Shown: positions 38,623 through 47,587 of the stretch, piece by piece
Numbering within the stretch: the stretch's first letter is position 1
How the letters are laid out: every line of letters starts with the position of its first letter
Source of the DNA: Anaerolineales bacterium
GTDB taxonomy: Bacteria > Chloroflexota > Anaerolineae > Anaerolineales > E44-bin32
Assembly (NCBI GenBank): GCA_034430615.1
Contig: DAOUEJ010000216.1
Location: forward strand, 19,016-83,015
Direction of reading: 5' to 3'
DNA length: 64,000 bases
Made by a program: the position numbers and the translations under genes
The notes under the pieces: generated by a model
The model's database searches: none
Seen by the model: the letters and a program-made list of their open reading frames with translations, nothing else
What the model was told of the DNA's origin: nothing

Positions 38623-39600
38623 ATGACACCGCTTTTGGAATGGGGTATCCCGGTTATTGCCTGGCTGCAGGGCCTGGGAGCATGGCTCACACCAATCATG
38701 CAGGCCGTTACCTTCCTCGGTGACGAGCAATTTTATCTCTTAATCCTGCCCATCCTGCTCTGGTGGGTCGATATCGGGCTCGGCATCCGCATTGGCCTTG
38801 CCCTGCTGCTCAGCGCCGGGTTGAACGGGGTATTAAAGTTGGTCTTTGGCACGCCGCGGCCGTACTGGGTTAGTGACCAGGTCCGGGCACTCAGTTCCGG
38901 GAGCACCTACGGCGTCCCTTCTGGCCACGCGCAGAACGCGGTCGTGCTCTGGGGTCGGCTGGCGGTTATGGTGAAGGCCTCCTGGTTGAAGTGGGCCATG
39001 GCCATCTTGATCGTACTGATCGGGTTCTCACGCAACTACCTGGCGGTCCACTTCCCAACCGATGTCATCGTCGGTTGGGGTATCGGCCTGCTCCTGCTGT
39101 GGGCGTTGGTGGCGCTGGACGAGCCTGTGCGAAAGAGGTTGGCCAGGATGAGCGTTGCCGGGCGTATCGCCATGGTTTTTCTGCTCTCACTGGCGATTAT
39201 TGCCCTCGGGGCTGCCGCCTTTGTGGGTACGGCGAATCGCATTCTCCCGGATTCCTGGATCGCGCAGGCGGCTGCCGCTGTCCCTGGCTCGGATCCGATC
39301 GAACCGCAATCCATGGCAGATTCAATCACCGCCGCCGGCACGCTGCTCGGCCTAGGGATCGGGGGGGTGCTGCTGCTGAATTGGGGAAAATTCCAACCCC
39401 GGGCCCGCTTCTGGGTGCTTCTTGTTCGCTATGTCATCGGAGTTGCCGGGCTGCTGGGGATCTACATCGGGCTGAGCGCCCTATTCCCTGGGGGGCACAA
39501 CTTCCTGGCCTATACCTTGCGTTTTATCCGCTACGCCGCGCTCGGGTTTTGGGTGGCATACCTGGCGCCGCGTTTGTTCGTACTCCTGCGTCTTTCGTGA
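38623..39600 (+). CDS. PAP2-family phosphatase, membrane protein
   Basis: An aaggaggg RBS precedes ATG 38623. PAP2 motifs K..FG.PRP, PSGHA and SRNYLAVHFPTDV. The C-terminal half has extra TM helices. Confidence 0.8.
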   Translation: MTPLLEWGIPVIAWLQGLGAWLTPIMQAVTFLGDEQFYLLILPILLWWVDIGLGIRIGLALLLSAGLNGVLKLVFGTPRPYWVSDQVRALSSGSTYGVPSGHAQNAVVLWGRLAVMVKASWLKWAMAILIVLIGFSRNYLAVHFPTDVIVGWGIGLLLLWALVALDEPVRKRLARMSVAGRIAMVFLLSLAIIALGAAAFVGTANRILPDSWIAQAAAAVPGSDPIEPQSMADSITAAGTLLGLGIGGVLLLNWGKFQPRARFWVLLVRYVIGVAGLLGIYIGLSALFPGGHNFLAYTLRFIRYAALGFWVAYLAPRLFVLLRLS

Positions 39601-39642
39601 AGAAATCTCGCCCATGAACGATCGTAAAATGAGGAAAATTTA

Positions 39643-40224
39643 ATGGATCCCCTTTTCTCCCACAACAGATACCTGCTAAAACGTCAGGTCCTTGCGCTCA
39701 CCGGCAAAGTCCGTGTGTATACCCCGACTGGTCAACTCGGACTCTATTCCGAGCAGAAGATGTTCAAGCTGCGTGAAGACATCCGCGTCTATGCTGACGA
39801 GAACAAGCAGCGCGAACTGCTTTGGATCCAGGCGCGGCAAATCATTGATTTCTCCGCCGCGTATGATGTAGTGGATCAGACCAGCGGGATGAAGGTGGGA
39901 GCCTTACGACGCAAGGGCTGGAGCTCGATCATGCGTGACACCTGGGAGATCCTCAATCCGCTCGACCAGGTCATCGGGATTGTGCAGGAGGACAGCGCCG
40001 GGCGAGCGTTCCTGAGGCGTTTCTTGTTGGGATCGCTGCTCCCACAGCGCTACGAAGTCCAAATGGCAGAGAGGCAGGCGGTCGCTCGATTTGAACAGCG
40101 CCTCAACCTGTTTCGCTACGAGTTGGAAATCGACTTTGCCCTCGACCCGACCGGTCTCGACCACCGCATAGGTCTGGCGATGGGGATCTTGCTGGCGATC
40201 ATTGAGGGCAAACAACAGAGTTAG
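39643..40224 (+). CDS. Hypothetical protein, scramblase/LURP-one (tubby C-terminal-like) resemblance
   Basis: 193 aa. The pattern YLLKRQVLALTGKVRVYTPTGQLGLYSEQKMFKLREDIRVY resembles LURP1/scramblase-related beta-barrel proteins. Weak assignment. Confidence 0.45.
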   Translation: MDPLFSHNRYLLKRQVLALTGKVRVYTPTGQLGLYSEQKMFKLREDIRVYADENKQRELLWIQARQIIDFSAAYDVVDQTSGMKVGALRRKGWSSIMRDTWEILNPLDQVIGIVQEDSAGRAFLRRFLLGSLLPQRYEVQMAERQAVARFEQRLNLFRYELEIDFALDPTGLDHRIGLAMGILLAIIEGKQQS

Positions 40225-40286
40225 CACGTCTTACGCTTTATCGTGAACAGAGCCGTACGGATTTGCCCGAGCAGGCAATCGGCTCA

Positions 40287-40655
40287 CTAACCCCGCCGCA
40301 TCTCGCGCCATAAGAACCAGCTCCCCTTCCGGTCGGAGACATCCTTCGGGGCACGATCGTAGTACAGGTCAAAGATCCTGCCGTCCTCGACCTCGACCCG
40401 GAAATAAAAACGACCGACGCCCCACGAACCGCGCCGCTCGGCTTTGCGTAGATTTTCAGGCCGCATGTTCATGCCCATGCGCCCGCTGCGCCCGAAATCA
40501 AACCAGGTCTGCAGCATCTGCGTGACCCGAAAATTCTCACCACCCAGCTTGAAATAGTCCGGTGGAATAGGTTTCTTTTCGAACAGTGGTTCTTTGATGA
40601 AGCCGACTTCAATGGGTGCGCCTATGAAGCGCTCAGGCAGGTAGGCTGCTGGCAT
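40287..40655 (-). CDS. Hypothetical cytoplasmic protein (122 aa)
   Basis: Codon-usage-consistent ORF that overlaps the upstream membrane-protein gene by 23 nt. No motif securely recognised. Confidence 0.5.
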   Translation of the reverse strand: MPAAYLPERFIGAPIEVGFIKEPLFEKKPIPPDYFKLGGENFRVTQMLQTWFDFGRSGRMGMNMRPENLRKAERRGSWGVGRFYFRVEVEDGRIFDLYYDRAPKDVSDRKGSWFLWREMRRG

Positions 40656-41067
40656 CGGGTTCTATCGCCGGCTGGAACCAGCGCAGGGTTGAGGGTAGCG
40701 CCAAACAGATCAGGATCAGCGGGGCCGTGACCAGGGCAACGCCAAGAAACAACAGTGAAAGCACTGCCAGGAACTGGGTGCTGCGCACAGCCCAGGATTG
40801 GCGGAGCCAGAGGCCCATCACTGCGCCTGCCAGTGCACACCCGATCACTAGACGCAGCCAGCCCTGGGTGCTGACGGAAAGCCTATTGAGGAGTTCAGGA
40901 CCGAAGGAGAGGGTAGCAATCAGTGGGATAGGATCCTTGGCTGCAGTTTCTCCGAAGACGCGCAAGAACAGGCCGCTCAAACCCAGCCACGTGCCCAGGA
41001 TGAACCCGGCCAGCGTGATGATCCATAAACCAGCAGGTCGTCTACTTTTGCTCAAATCTGCCGCCAT
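40633..41067 (-). CDS. Hypothetical membrane protein (about 4 TM)
   Basis: 144 aa, hydrophobic helices throughout. In an operon-like arrangement with 40287..40655. Confidence 0.5.
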   Translation of the reverse strand: MAADLSKSRRPAGLWIITLAGFILGTWLGLSGLFLRVFGETAAKDPIPLIATLSFGPELLNRLSVSTQGWLRLVIGCALAGAVMGLWLRQSWAVRSTQFLAVLSLLFLGVALVTAPLILICLALPSTLRWFQPAIEPDASSLPA

Positions 41068-41103
41068 AGCAAACGGGCCGGGAGTTCCCGGCCCGGCACA
41101 GAC

Positions 41104-43179
41104 TTAATCGCCTTCCTGCTTGTTTTGTTCTTTCTTAAGCGCAGCAATGAGTTCGTCGGCCACATGGCGCGGCACGACCTCATAGTGGCTGAACTCCGTG
41201 GAGAAGATGCCGCGTCCACCCGTCATGGATCGTAGATCCGTGGTGTAGCGCTGCATCGCGGCAAGTGGGACCTGAGCGGTCACCACGCTCCGGCCACGAT
41301 CGTTTTCCATCCCCTGGACCCGCGCCCGACGCGTATTCAGATCGCCGAGCACATCGCCCATGTTTGATTCCGGTACCGTGATACGCACGTTCATGATCGG
41401 CTCAAGCATGACGGGACCGGCATCATTCACAGCTAGCTTGAAGGCTTCCCGGCCTGCGACTTCGAAGGCGACAGCTTTCGAATCGACCGGATGCTCCTTC
41501 CCGTCTGTGATGGCAACTTTCACTTTCTCGACCGGATAGCCTGCCACCACCCCCTGCTTCATCACGCTTCGCACACCTTTCTCAATCGCCGGCATAAACC
41601 CCTGCGAGATAGCACCCCCGAATACCTCATTGGCGAACTCGTAATCCTCATCCTCGAGGGGTTCTACGCGTAGGTGGACCTCAGCGAACTGTCCAGCACC
41701 GCCGGTCTGCTTCTTATGGCGGTACATCGCCTGACCAGTCTTGGTGATCGTCTCCCGGTAAGGGACACGCGGGATCACAGTTTCAAGCCCGACCTGAAAT
41801 TTCGATTCAGCTTTGCGGATGGCCACATCGATATGCTGGTCACCCATGCCCTGCAGGATGGTCTGATTGGTACTGCCTTCCTGGTGCCAAGAAAGGGTCG
41901 GGTCCTCCTCCGTAAGGCGGGTCAGGGTGGGACTGATCTTGGTCGAATCGGCCTGGGTTTTCGGCATCACAGCCACCGAGAAGAGTGCGCTTGGGTAATC
42001 GGGCATCGGAATTGTTAGTGGACTCCTTTTGTCCCCGAGCGTATCCCCTGTGGCCGTTTCACCCAGCTTGGCAACGGTTCCGATATCACCGGCGTGCAGG
42101 TTTTTCACGCTCAATTGTTCTTTACCACGCATCAGGAAGAGTGTTCCCAGCCTTTCCTCCTCACCCTTGGTATGGTTCCAGACCCGGCTGTCGGAGCTAA
42201 GCGTTCCGGAGAACACCCGCAGGTAGGTCAGTTTGCCAACGAAAGGATCGGCGGTCGTCTTCCAGACATAGGCTGCGAGCGGACCCGAATCAGAGGCGAT
42301 AAGTTCTTCCTCCCCCCTGACCCCCTGGGCAGCTCGTGGCCGGCCTTCGGCTGGCGATGGCAGCAGGTTGACCATCGCTTCGAGCATGGGAACCACGCCA
42401 ACCGGCACCGAAGCCGCGCAGACGAAAACCGGGATGAAACGGCCGGACCAAATGGATTTCTTGAAACCACGTGCGATCTCATCCGGGGTGAGTTGATCGC
42501 CGTTTAGATACTTCTCGAGCAGGGCGTCATCACCTTCAGCGGCAGCCTCGACCAGCGAAATGCGACCTTCCTCTGCCTGATCAGCATATTCGGCCGGGAT
42601 GTCCTCAGATTCGGATCCATCTCCCGGACGGGCTTTCATGCTAAAGAGATCGATGATGCCTTTCAAATCGTGCGCCGAACCCCAGGGAATCTGGACCGGG
42701 ATCAGGGTAGCTTCCCCGGCTATCTTGGCAACCGACTGGAGCGTTGCCTGAAAGTTCGCATTCTCGCGATCCATCTTCGTGATCAGCACCAGGCGCGGAA
42801 GCCCGAATTTTTCTGCGTAATCCCATACGATCTCTGTCCCAACCTCCACCCCGGCGACCGAATCGACCAGGACAACGGCGCCATTCGCCACGCTAAGTGC
42901 GGAGATGACCTCGCCAACAAAATCTGTGTATCCCGGAGTATCCAACAGGTTGAGCTTATGATCTTGAAATTCGACCGGCACCACCGCAGTTGAGAGCGAG
43001 AGACAACGCCGGATCTCCTCCTCCTCAAAATCGGAGACGGTGTTTCCCTCTTCGACTTTCCCCATCCGTGTGATTGCGTTCGTGGCGAACAACATCGCTT
43101 CCGAGAGGATGGTTTTGCCACCCCCGCCGTGCGAAACCAGTGCGATGTTGCGAATGAATTCAGTAGCGTATTCCTTCAT
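41104..43179 (-). CDS. Elongation factor G family GTPase (EF-G paralog)
   Basis: 691 aa. G1 SHGGGGKT (non-canonical compared with AHIDAGKT), G3 DTPGYTDF, G4 TKMDR. EF-G domains II-V are recognisable to the C-terminus. Confidence 0.88.
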   Translation of the reverse strand: MKEYATEFIRNIALVSHGGGGKTILSEAMLFATNAITRMGKVEEGNTVSDFEEEEIRRCLSLSTAVVPVEFQDHKLNLLDTPGYTDFVGEVISALSVANGAVVLVDSVAGVEVGTEIVWDYAEKFGLPRLVLITKMDRENANFQATLQSVAKIAGEATLIPVQIPWGSAHDLKGIIDLFSMKARPGDGSESEDIPAEYADQAEEGRISLVEAAAEGDDALLEKYLNGDQLTPDEIARGFKKSIWSGRFIPVFVCAASVPVGVVPMLEAMVNLLPSPAEGRPRAAQGVRGEEELIASDSGPLAAYVWKTTADPFVGKLTYLRVFSGTLSSDSRVWNHTKGEEERLGTLFLMRGKEQLSVKNLHAGDIGTVAKLGETATGDTLGDKRSPLTIPMPDYPSALFSVAVMPKTQADSTKISPTLTRLTEEDPTLSWHQEGSTNQTILQGMGDQHIDVAIRKAESKFQVGLETVIPRVPYRETITKTGQAMYRHKKQTGGAGQFAEVHLRVEPLEDEDYEFANEVFGGAISQGFMPAIEKGVRSVMKQGVVAGYPVEKVKVAITDGKEHPVDSKAVAFEVAGREAFKLAVNDAGPVMLEPIMNVRITVPESNMGDVLGDLNTRRARVQGMENDRGRSVVTAQVPLAAMQRYTTDLRSMTGGRGIFSTEFSHYEVVPRHVADELIAALKKEQNKQEGD

Positions 43180-43329
43180 GGGCAGGGGATCCTTTAGGGA
43201 GATGTAGTAGACCCATGAATTCTAAAGCAGGAGAGATGTCTTGTAAAGACGGGCACCCTCGGCGGGCGAAATTTCCCACGCTGCCCAGCGTCTCAGGTGA
43301 TACAATCCGCCCTAGCCAAAGGAATATAC

Positions 43330-43815
43330 ATGCAGTTCATCAATCAATTTTCCTTCCTCATCCTGGCGGGCTTGCTGTTGTTGACCGTTGGCTGGGTCAT
43401 CCTGCATCGCACGACCGGTGCTGCTCGCTGGCTATCGCTCGGTGCGTTCACGCTGGGTTTGATCTTTTCCTTTTGGATTTTCAACCCTGGCCCCGGCAAT
43501 GCGGTTGCTGAACTCGATCTGGACAACCGGCAAGTGGGCGAAGGACCGGTCCTGCTGGAATTCGAAAGCCCCTTCTGCCTTGGCTGTATCGCTGCCCAGT
43601 CGCTCGTGGGCGAAATCACGCGCGAATATATTGGCCAACTCGATGTCATCCAGATCAACATCCTGGCGGCGGACTCCGCCCGCCTGAAGGACCGCTACCG
43701 CATCCAGTTCACCCCGACCTTCGTATTCCTGACCGCACATGGGGAGGAAGCCTGGCGCAGCATCGGCACGGTAGATCCCGAGCAGGTGCGTGCCAGCGTT
43801 ACCGGGGATTCATGA
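43330..43815 (+). CDS. Membrane-anchored thioredoxin-fold protein (CxxC = CLGC)
   Basis: An aaaggaa RBS precedes ATG 43330. Two N-terminal TM helices, then VLLEFESPFCLGCIAAQ...QFTPTFVFL, a thioredoxin-like pattern. Confidence 0.65.
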   Translation: MQFINQFSFLILAGLLLLTVGWVILHRTTGAARWLSLGAFTLGLIFSFWIFNPGPGNAVAELDLDNRQVGEGPVLLEFESPFCLGCIAAQSLVGEITREYIGQLDVIQINILAADSARLKDRYRIQFTPTFVFLTAHGEEAWRSIGTVDPEQVRASVTGDS

Positions 43816-44384
43816 TCCGCAGGGCGCTGTTCGAACTCAAGTACTTGCTGGGTAATGCGCCGTGGGATACAGGTATTTCACCCCCTGAGTTGTTGGCGTA
43901 CCTCGAATCGGCACCGGTTGGTCTCGCCATCGACCTCGGCTGTGGCACCGGGACAAACGCGATCACCATGGCCCAACATAACTGGACCGTTCTCGGGGTT
44001 GACCTCTCACCGATTGCCATCCGGCGGGCCCGCAGGAAGGCAACCACGCTCGCTCTGCCAATTGAATTCAAACGAATGGATGTTGCCCTGCTGCCTGGCG
44101 TACAAGGCCCATTTGACCTGGCGCTCGATATTGGCTGCTACCATTCGCTCCCGGTCCCAGATCGGGCAAGCTACCGCTCCAGGCTCGAGTCTCTCCTGCC
44201 CGCAGGAGCGGATTACCTGCTTTACGCCTGGCTTCCCAGCCAAGAGGACGGCGACAGCAATCCATCTCCCGAGGTTGAAATTCGTGAAGAATTCGAATCT
44301 TGCTTTAGCATCCTTTCGACCGCCGAAGGCACGGATCATGGTCGGACATCAGCCTGGTTCCAGATGCGGCGGAAGCCCACATGA
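43812..44384 (+). CDS. Class I SAM-dependent methyltransferase
   Basis: Motif I AIDLGCGTGTNAITMA and post-I VLGVDLSPIAI. ATGA overlap with the upstream gene. Confidence 0.8.
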   Translation: MIRRALFELKYLLGNAPWDTGISPPELLAYLESAPVGLAIDLGCGTGTNAITMAQHNWTVLGVDLSPIAIRRARRKATTLALPIEFKRMDVALLPGVQGPFDLALDIGCYHSLPVPDRASYRSRLESLLPAGADYLLYAWLPSQEDGDSNPSPEVEIREEFESCFSILSTAEGTDHGRTSAWFQMRRKPT

Positions 44385-45301
44385 ATGTGCTGGTGATGTT
44401 CCTAGACGGCGTCGGACTTGGCGAACGCGACCCTTCCATCAATCCGTTCTGCGCTGCGCATCTTCCAACGTTGCAGGGTTTGCTGGAGGGCGAACAGTTG
44501 GTGCTGGCTGCAGCACCCTTCGAAGGGAAAGATGCAACGCTGCTCGCTCTTGATGCCAACCTCGGCGTCGAAGGAACACCGCAATCCGCCTCCGGGCAGG
44601 CCACATTGTTGACAGGGAAAAACGTTCCGGCCCGGATAGGCGTTCACTACGGGCCTAAGCCCAACTCACCCATTCGGGAGATCCTTACAGAGGACAACCT
44701 CTTCATGCAAGTGCGCTCTCACGGCGGAACTGCTGCTTTGCTAAATGCCTATCCGCCGCGCTACTTCGAAGCAATCGATTCGGGCCGCCGGTTACGCTCG
44801 GCCATACCGTTCGCGTTCCACGCTGCCGGTCTGCCCTTGATGACGGCCGAGGACCTGCAGGCCGGCCGCGCGCTGTCGGTAGATTTCACGGGGCGGGGTT
44901 GGGCCGATCAGCCCGGTTTTCCCCCCGCGCCTGTTTATGGGCTGGAGCAAGCCGGAGGCGTGTTGGCCGGTCTTGCTGACAAGTACAGTCTCAGCTGGTT
45001 CGACTTCTGGCCCAGTGACTATGCCGGTCATAAACAGGATCACAAGCGGGCGGTGGATATCCTCGAATCCTTCGATGCCGTGTTTGGAGGATTGGTCCAG
45101 GCCTGGCGTGGTAAACCACGGTTAATCGTCCTGACCTCTGACCATGGCAACCTGGAGGATCTCAGCCAGCGCATGCACACGCGCAACCCAGTCCCAGCAC
45201 TGTTGATCGGTCCTCATACTGTTCGGGCTCGCTTCGCTCGCAGGTTGCATGATCTGGCAGATCTAATGCCGGCTGTGATGGATATCCTTTTTGGTGAATA
45301 G
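44381..45301 (+). CDS. Metalloenzyme-superfamily (alkaline-phosphatase core; cofactor-independent phosphoglycerate mutase / phosphopentomutase-like) protein
   Basis: VLVMFLDGVGLGERD at the N-terminus and LIVLTSDHGNLED near the C-terminus are the metal-binding blocks of this superfamily. Confidence 0.6.
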   Translation: MNVLVMFLDGVGLGERDPSINPFCAAHLPTLQGLLEGEQLVLAAAPFEGKDATLLALDANLGVEGTPQSASGQATLLTGKNVPARIGVHYGPKPNSPIREILTEDNLFMQVRSHGGTAALLNAYPPRYFEAIDSGRRLRSAIPFAFHAAGLPLMTAEDLQAGRALSVDFTGRGWADQPGFPPAPVYGLEQAGGVLAGLADKYSLSWFDFWPSDYAGHKQDHKRAVDILESFDAVFGGLVQAWRGKPRLIVLTSDHGNLEDLSQRMHTRNPVPALLIGPHTVRARFARRLHDLADLMPAVMDILFGE

Positions 45302-45379
45302 GACTGATAAAAGGAAGCGCTGGTTTCATAATAGCTTGGGGCTCGGTAAGGCCCTAAATGATCGTCGTTAGGTGAGTAG

Positions 45380-45865
45380 ATGAGCACCAATTCTGAAAGT
45401 CTGCGACATTTCATGCGTCAGTGGGCAACAGGCGTGACGCTGGTTACCTGTGCACTTGCGGAGGAGCGGCAGGGCATGACGGTCAGCTCCTTCACTTCGG
45501 TCTCACTCACACCACCACTGATCCTGGTTTCGCTGGAGATCGGCAGCGCAACCCACGCGCTCCTCTCGCGCGTGGGTTCATTCGCCGTGAGCATCCTGGA
45601 GGAATCCCAGCAGGCAATCTCCGACCGCTTCGCCGGCCGCGATCCTGAGATTATTGATCGCTTCCTGGAGAGCAGCTGGTAGATGAGCCCACTCGGCCAC
45701 CCTATCCCGGATGGAGCGCTGGCAAGCCTGGACTGCCGGGTCAGCACCACCCACCCTGGTGGAATGCATGCGCTCTTCCTGGCCGAGGTCCTCACTGCGG
45801 GATCCTTGAATGATGGAAAGCCTCTGCTATACTTCGATCGATCCTACCATCAGCTCATAGACTGA
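45380..45865 (+). pseudogene. Flavin reductase (FMN-binding split-barrel) interrupted by a single in-frame TAG at 45680..45682
   Basis: Track ORFs 45380..45682 and 45683..45865 are contiguous and in frame. Together they form one flavin reductase domain: ...FMRQWATGVTLVT...GMTVSSFTSVSLTPPLILVSL...DRFLESSW-TAG-MSPLGHPIPDGALASLDCRV...PLLYFDRSYHQL. Confidence 0.7.
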
Positions 45866-45874
45866 GGGGTAACG

Positions 45875-46483
45875 GTGGTTCTACGCCTCGATGAATCCGA
45901 ACAAGGAGTCCTCCTCAACCTTGCCTGGGAGAGCATTGAAGCGACGGTTCACAAACGCCATTTGCCCCAGCCTGACCTCGCCAGTCTCCCCGAACGCCTG
46001 CAGGAGAAACGTGCCTCCTTCGTTACCCTTACCCGTGAGGCTCGCTTACGGGGCTGCATCGGGAGCTTGGTAGCACAACTGCCCCTGGCACAGGACATCA
46101 TCCTGCGTGCGAGCTCGGCCGCGCACGAAGACCCACGCTTCCCGCCTCTTGAAAAGCATGAACTCAAGGATCTGACGATCGAGATATCCGTGCTGAGTAT
46201 CCCCCAGCCGCTCGTGTGTGAAGACCGTGGAGCTCTTCCAGCCGCGCTGCAGCCCGAGGTTGACGGCGTAATCCTTACATACGGGAAAATGCGGGCGACA
46301 TTTCTCCCGCAGGTCTGGGAACGCGTACCTGATCCGGTACAGTTTCTCGCCATGCTTTGTCGTAAAGCCAGCCTACCGGCGAACGCCTGGCGCGAGCTTC
46401 CGCTGCAGTTCTCAACCTACGCCGTCTTCTCATTCCAACGCACAAACACGGCAGCAGATTCTGGTCACCGCCCAGCAGCGTGA
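45875..46483 (+). CDS. AMMECR1 domain-containing protein
   Basis: FVTLTREARLRGCIGS...HEDPRFPPL...ISVLS are AMMECR1 hallmarks. GTG start. Confidence 0.85.
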   Translation: MVLRLDESEQGVLLNLAWESIEATVHKRHLPQPDLASLPERLQEKRASFVTLTREARLRGCIGSLVAQLPLAQDIILRASSAAHEDPRFPPLEKHELKDLTIEISVLSIPQPLVCEDRGALPAALQPEVDGVILTYGKMRATFLPQVWERVPDPVQFLAMLCRKASLPANAWRELPLQFSTYAVFSFQRTNTAADSGHRPAA

Positions 46484-46721
46484 GTTAAGCTGGGTCGATC
46501 AAGGCCAACTTCCATGAGGCCGTTTTGCAGCCGGTAATGCCCCCTGATGGAACGTGCAAACAACTGTGCCGATGGACCTGAGATTGCTATAGGGCGGATA
46601 CTGGCAGGGTAGCTCGCATGTCATACTGCGGGAAGCATCGGTTTATTTGGATCGATAATTGCGGCTGGTACGGGCCGGGATCGTCCCCCGGGGAGCACCT
46701 TCGATTAACTTGGAGGCTGTC

Positions 46722-47294
46722 ATGCCGCGATCACCGGTTACAGAACCAGAATCAATGCCACCTGTGCCAGAACTGGAAACCGAACGCCTCCTGCTACGCT
46801 CTTTTAGCCTGAAAGATGCTGGTCGGGTCCGGGAGCTGGCCGCGGCGCGCGAGATTGCAGCAACGACCTTGAACATCCCTCATCCGTATGAAGAGGGCAT
46901 GGCGGAAGCCTGGATATCAACCCATGAGGACGCTTATGAAGCCGGTGAGGCTGTCCACTACGCCATCACCCGCAAGCTCCAGGGGGATCTGATTGGTGCG
47001 ATCGGATTGGGAATCGAACGGGCTCATCAGCGGGCAGAAATGGGTTATTGGATTGGTGTACCTTACTGGAGCAAAGGATTCTGCACGGAGGCAGCCAGTG
47101 CGATCCTGAGGTATGGGTTTGAAACGCTAGGACTGCACCGTATCTATGCTCACCACATGATCAGCAACCCGGCCTCCGGGCGCGTCATGCAGAAGATTGG
47201 CATGATCCACGAAGGATGTCTGCGTCAACACGTCCTGAAATGGGGCATCCATCACGACTTGGAAATCTACGGTATGACGCAGACGGATGTGTAG
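46722..47294 (+). CDS. GNAT-family N-acetyltransferase (RimJ/RimL-like)
   Basis: A ggagg RBS precedes ATG 46722. LETERLLLRSFSLKDA...IGAIGL......GYWIGVPYWSKGFCTEAA..IL.YGFE.LGLHRIYA.H...N.AS.RVM.K.GM. Confidence 0.85.
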   Translation: MPRSPVTEPESMPPVPELETERLLLRSFSLKDAGRVRELAAAREIAATTLNIPHPYEEGMAEAWISTHEDAYEAGEAVHYAITRKLQGDLIGAIGLGIERAHQRAEMGYWIGVPYWSKGFCTEAASAILRYGFETLGLHRIYAHHMISNPASGRVMQKIGMIHEGCLRQHVLKWGIHHDLEIYGMTQTDV

Positions 47295-47322
47295 AGTAAT
47301 CTCTCCCCAGTTGCCACCCCGC

Positions 47323-47586
47323 CTAGAGCTGTTCGAAGCTATCTAGGTTTACAACGAACACGGTCGCCCGTCGCTGGCCTGACTCGGCCGGCGAGCATGA
47401 ATTTCGGATGATTTCCATGGCCTGATCGATGCGTCCTTCTTCCGTTCCGATCAGGAGCGTCGTGTTTCCCCTTCGCAGGAATCCCCCGGTTGAAGCGATA
47501 TAGGTCACCCGGAATTCCTGCTTGATCAGCGCTTGCAGTGCTGTTTCGTAATCTTCGTTTCGAATGATGACAATCATGAGTTTCAC
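47323..47586 (-). CDS. PII-like cyclic-di-AMP receptor, DarA/PstA (YaaQ) family
   Basis: 87 aa: MKLMIVIIRNEDYETALQALIKQEFRVTYIASTGGFLRRGNTTLLIG.... It is colinear with my recollection of B. subtilis DarA (MKLIVA..QD.D...L...L....[20 protein letters not shown].IG). The GTG start lies 1 nt after the antiporter stop. Confidence 0.8.
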   Translation of the reverse strand: MKLMIVIIRNEDYETALQALIKQEFRVTYIASTGGFLRRGNTTLLIGTEEGRIDQAMEIIRNSCSPAESGQRRATVFVVNLDSFEQL

Positions 47587-47587
47587 G

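Noticed and set aside
41104-43179. Considered whether the EF-G-like GTPase could be SelB, given the two Sec genes in the window
   Set aside because: Its length (691 aa) and clear EF-G domains III-V argue for an EF-G paralog, as does the absence of the SelB C-terminal winged-helix SECIS-binding region. No sel gene is visible in this window.
45680-45682. Considered whether the TAG in the flavin reductase encodes pyrrolysine or is programmed readthrough
   Set aside because: No pyl genes or PYLIS-like context are visible, and the position is not a conserved functional residue. A nonsense mutation or sequencing error is more parsimonious.
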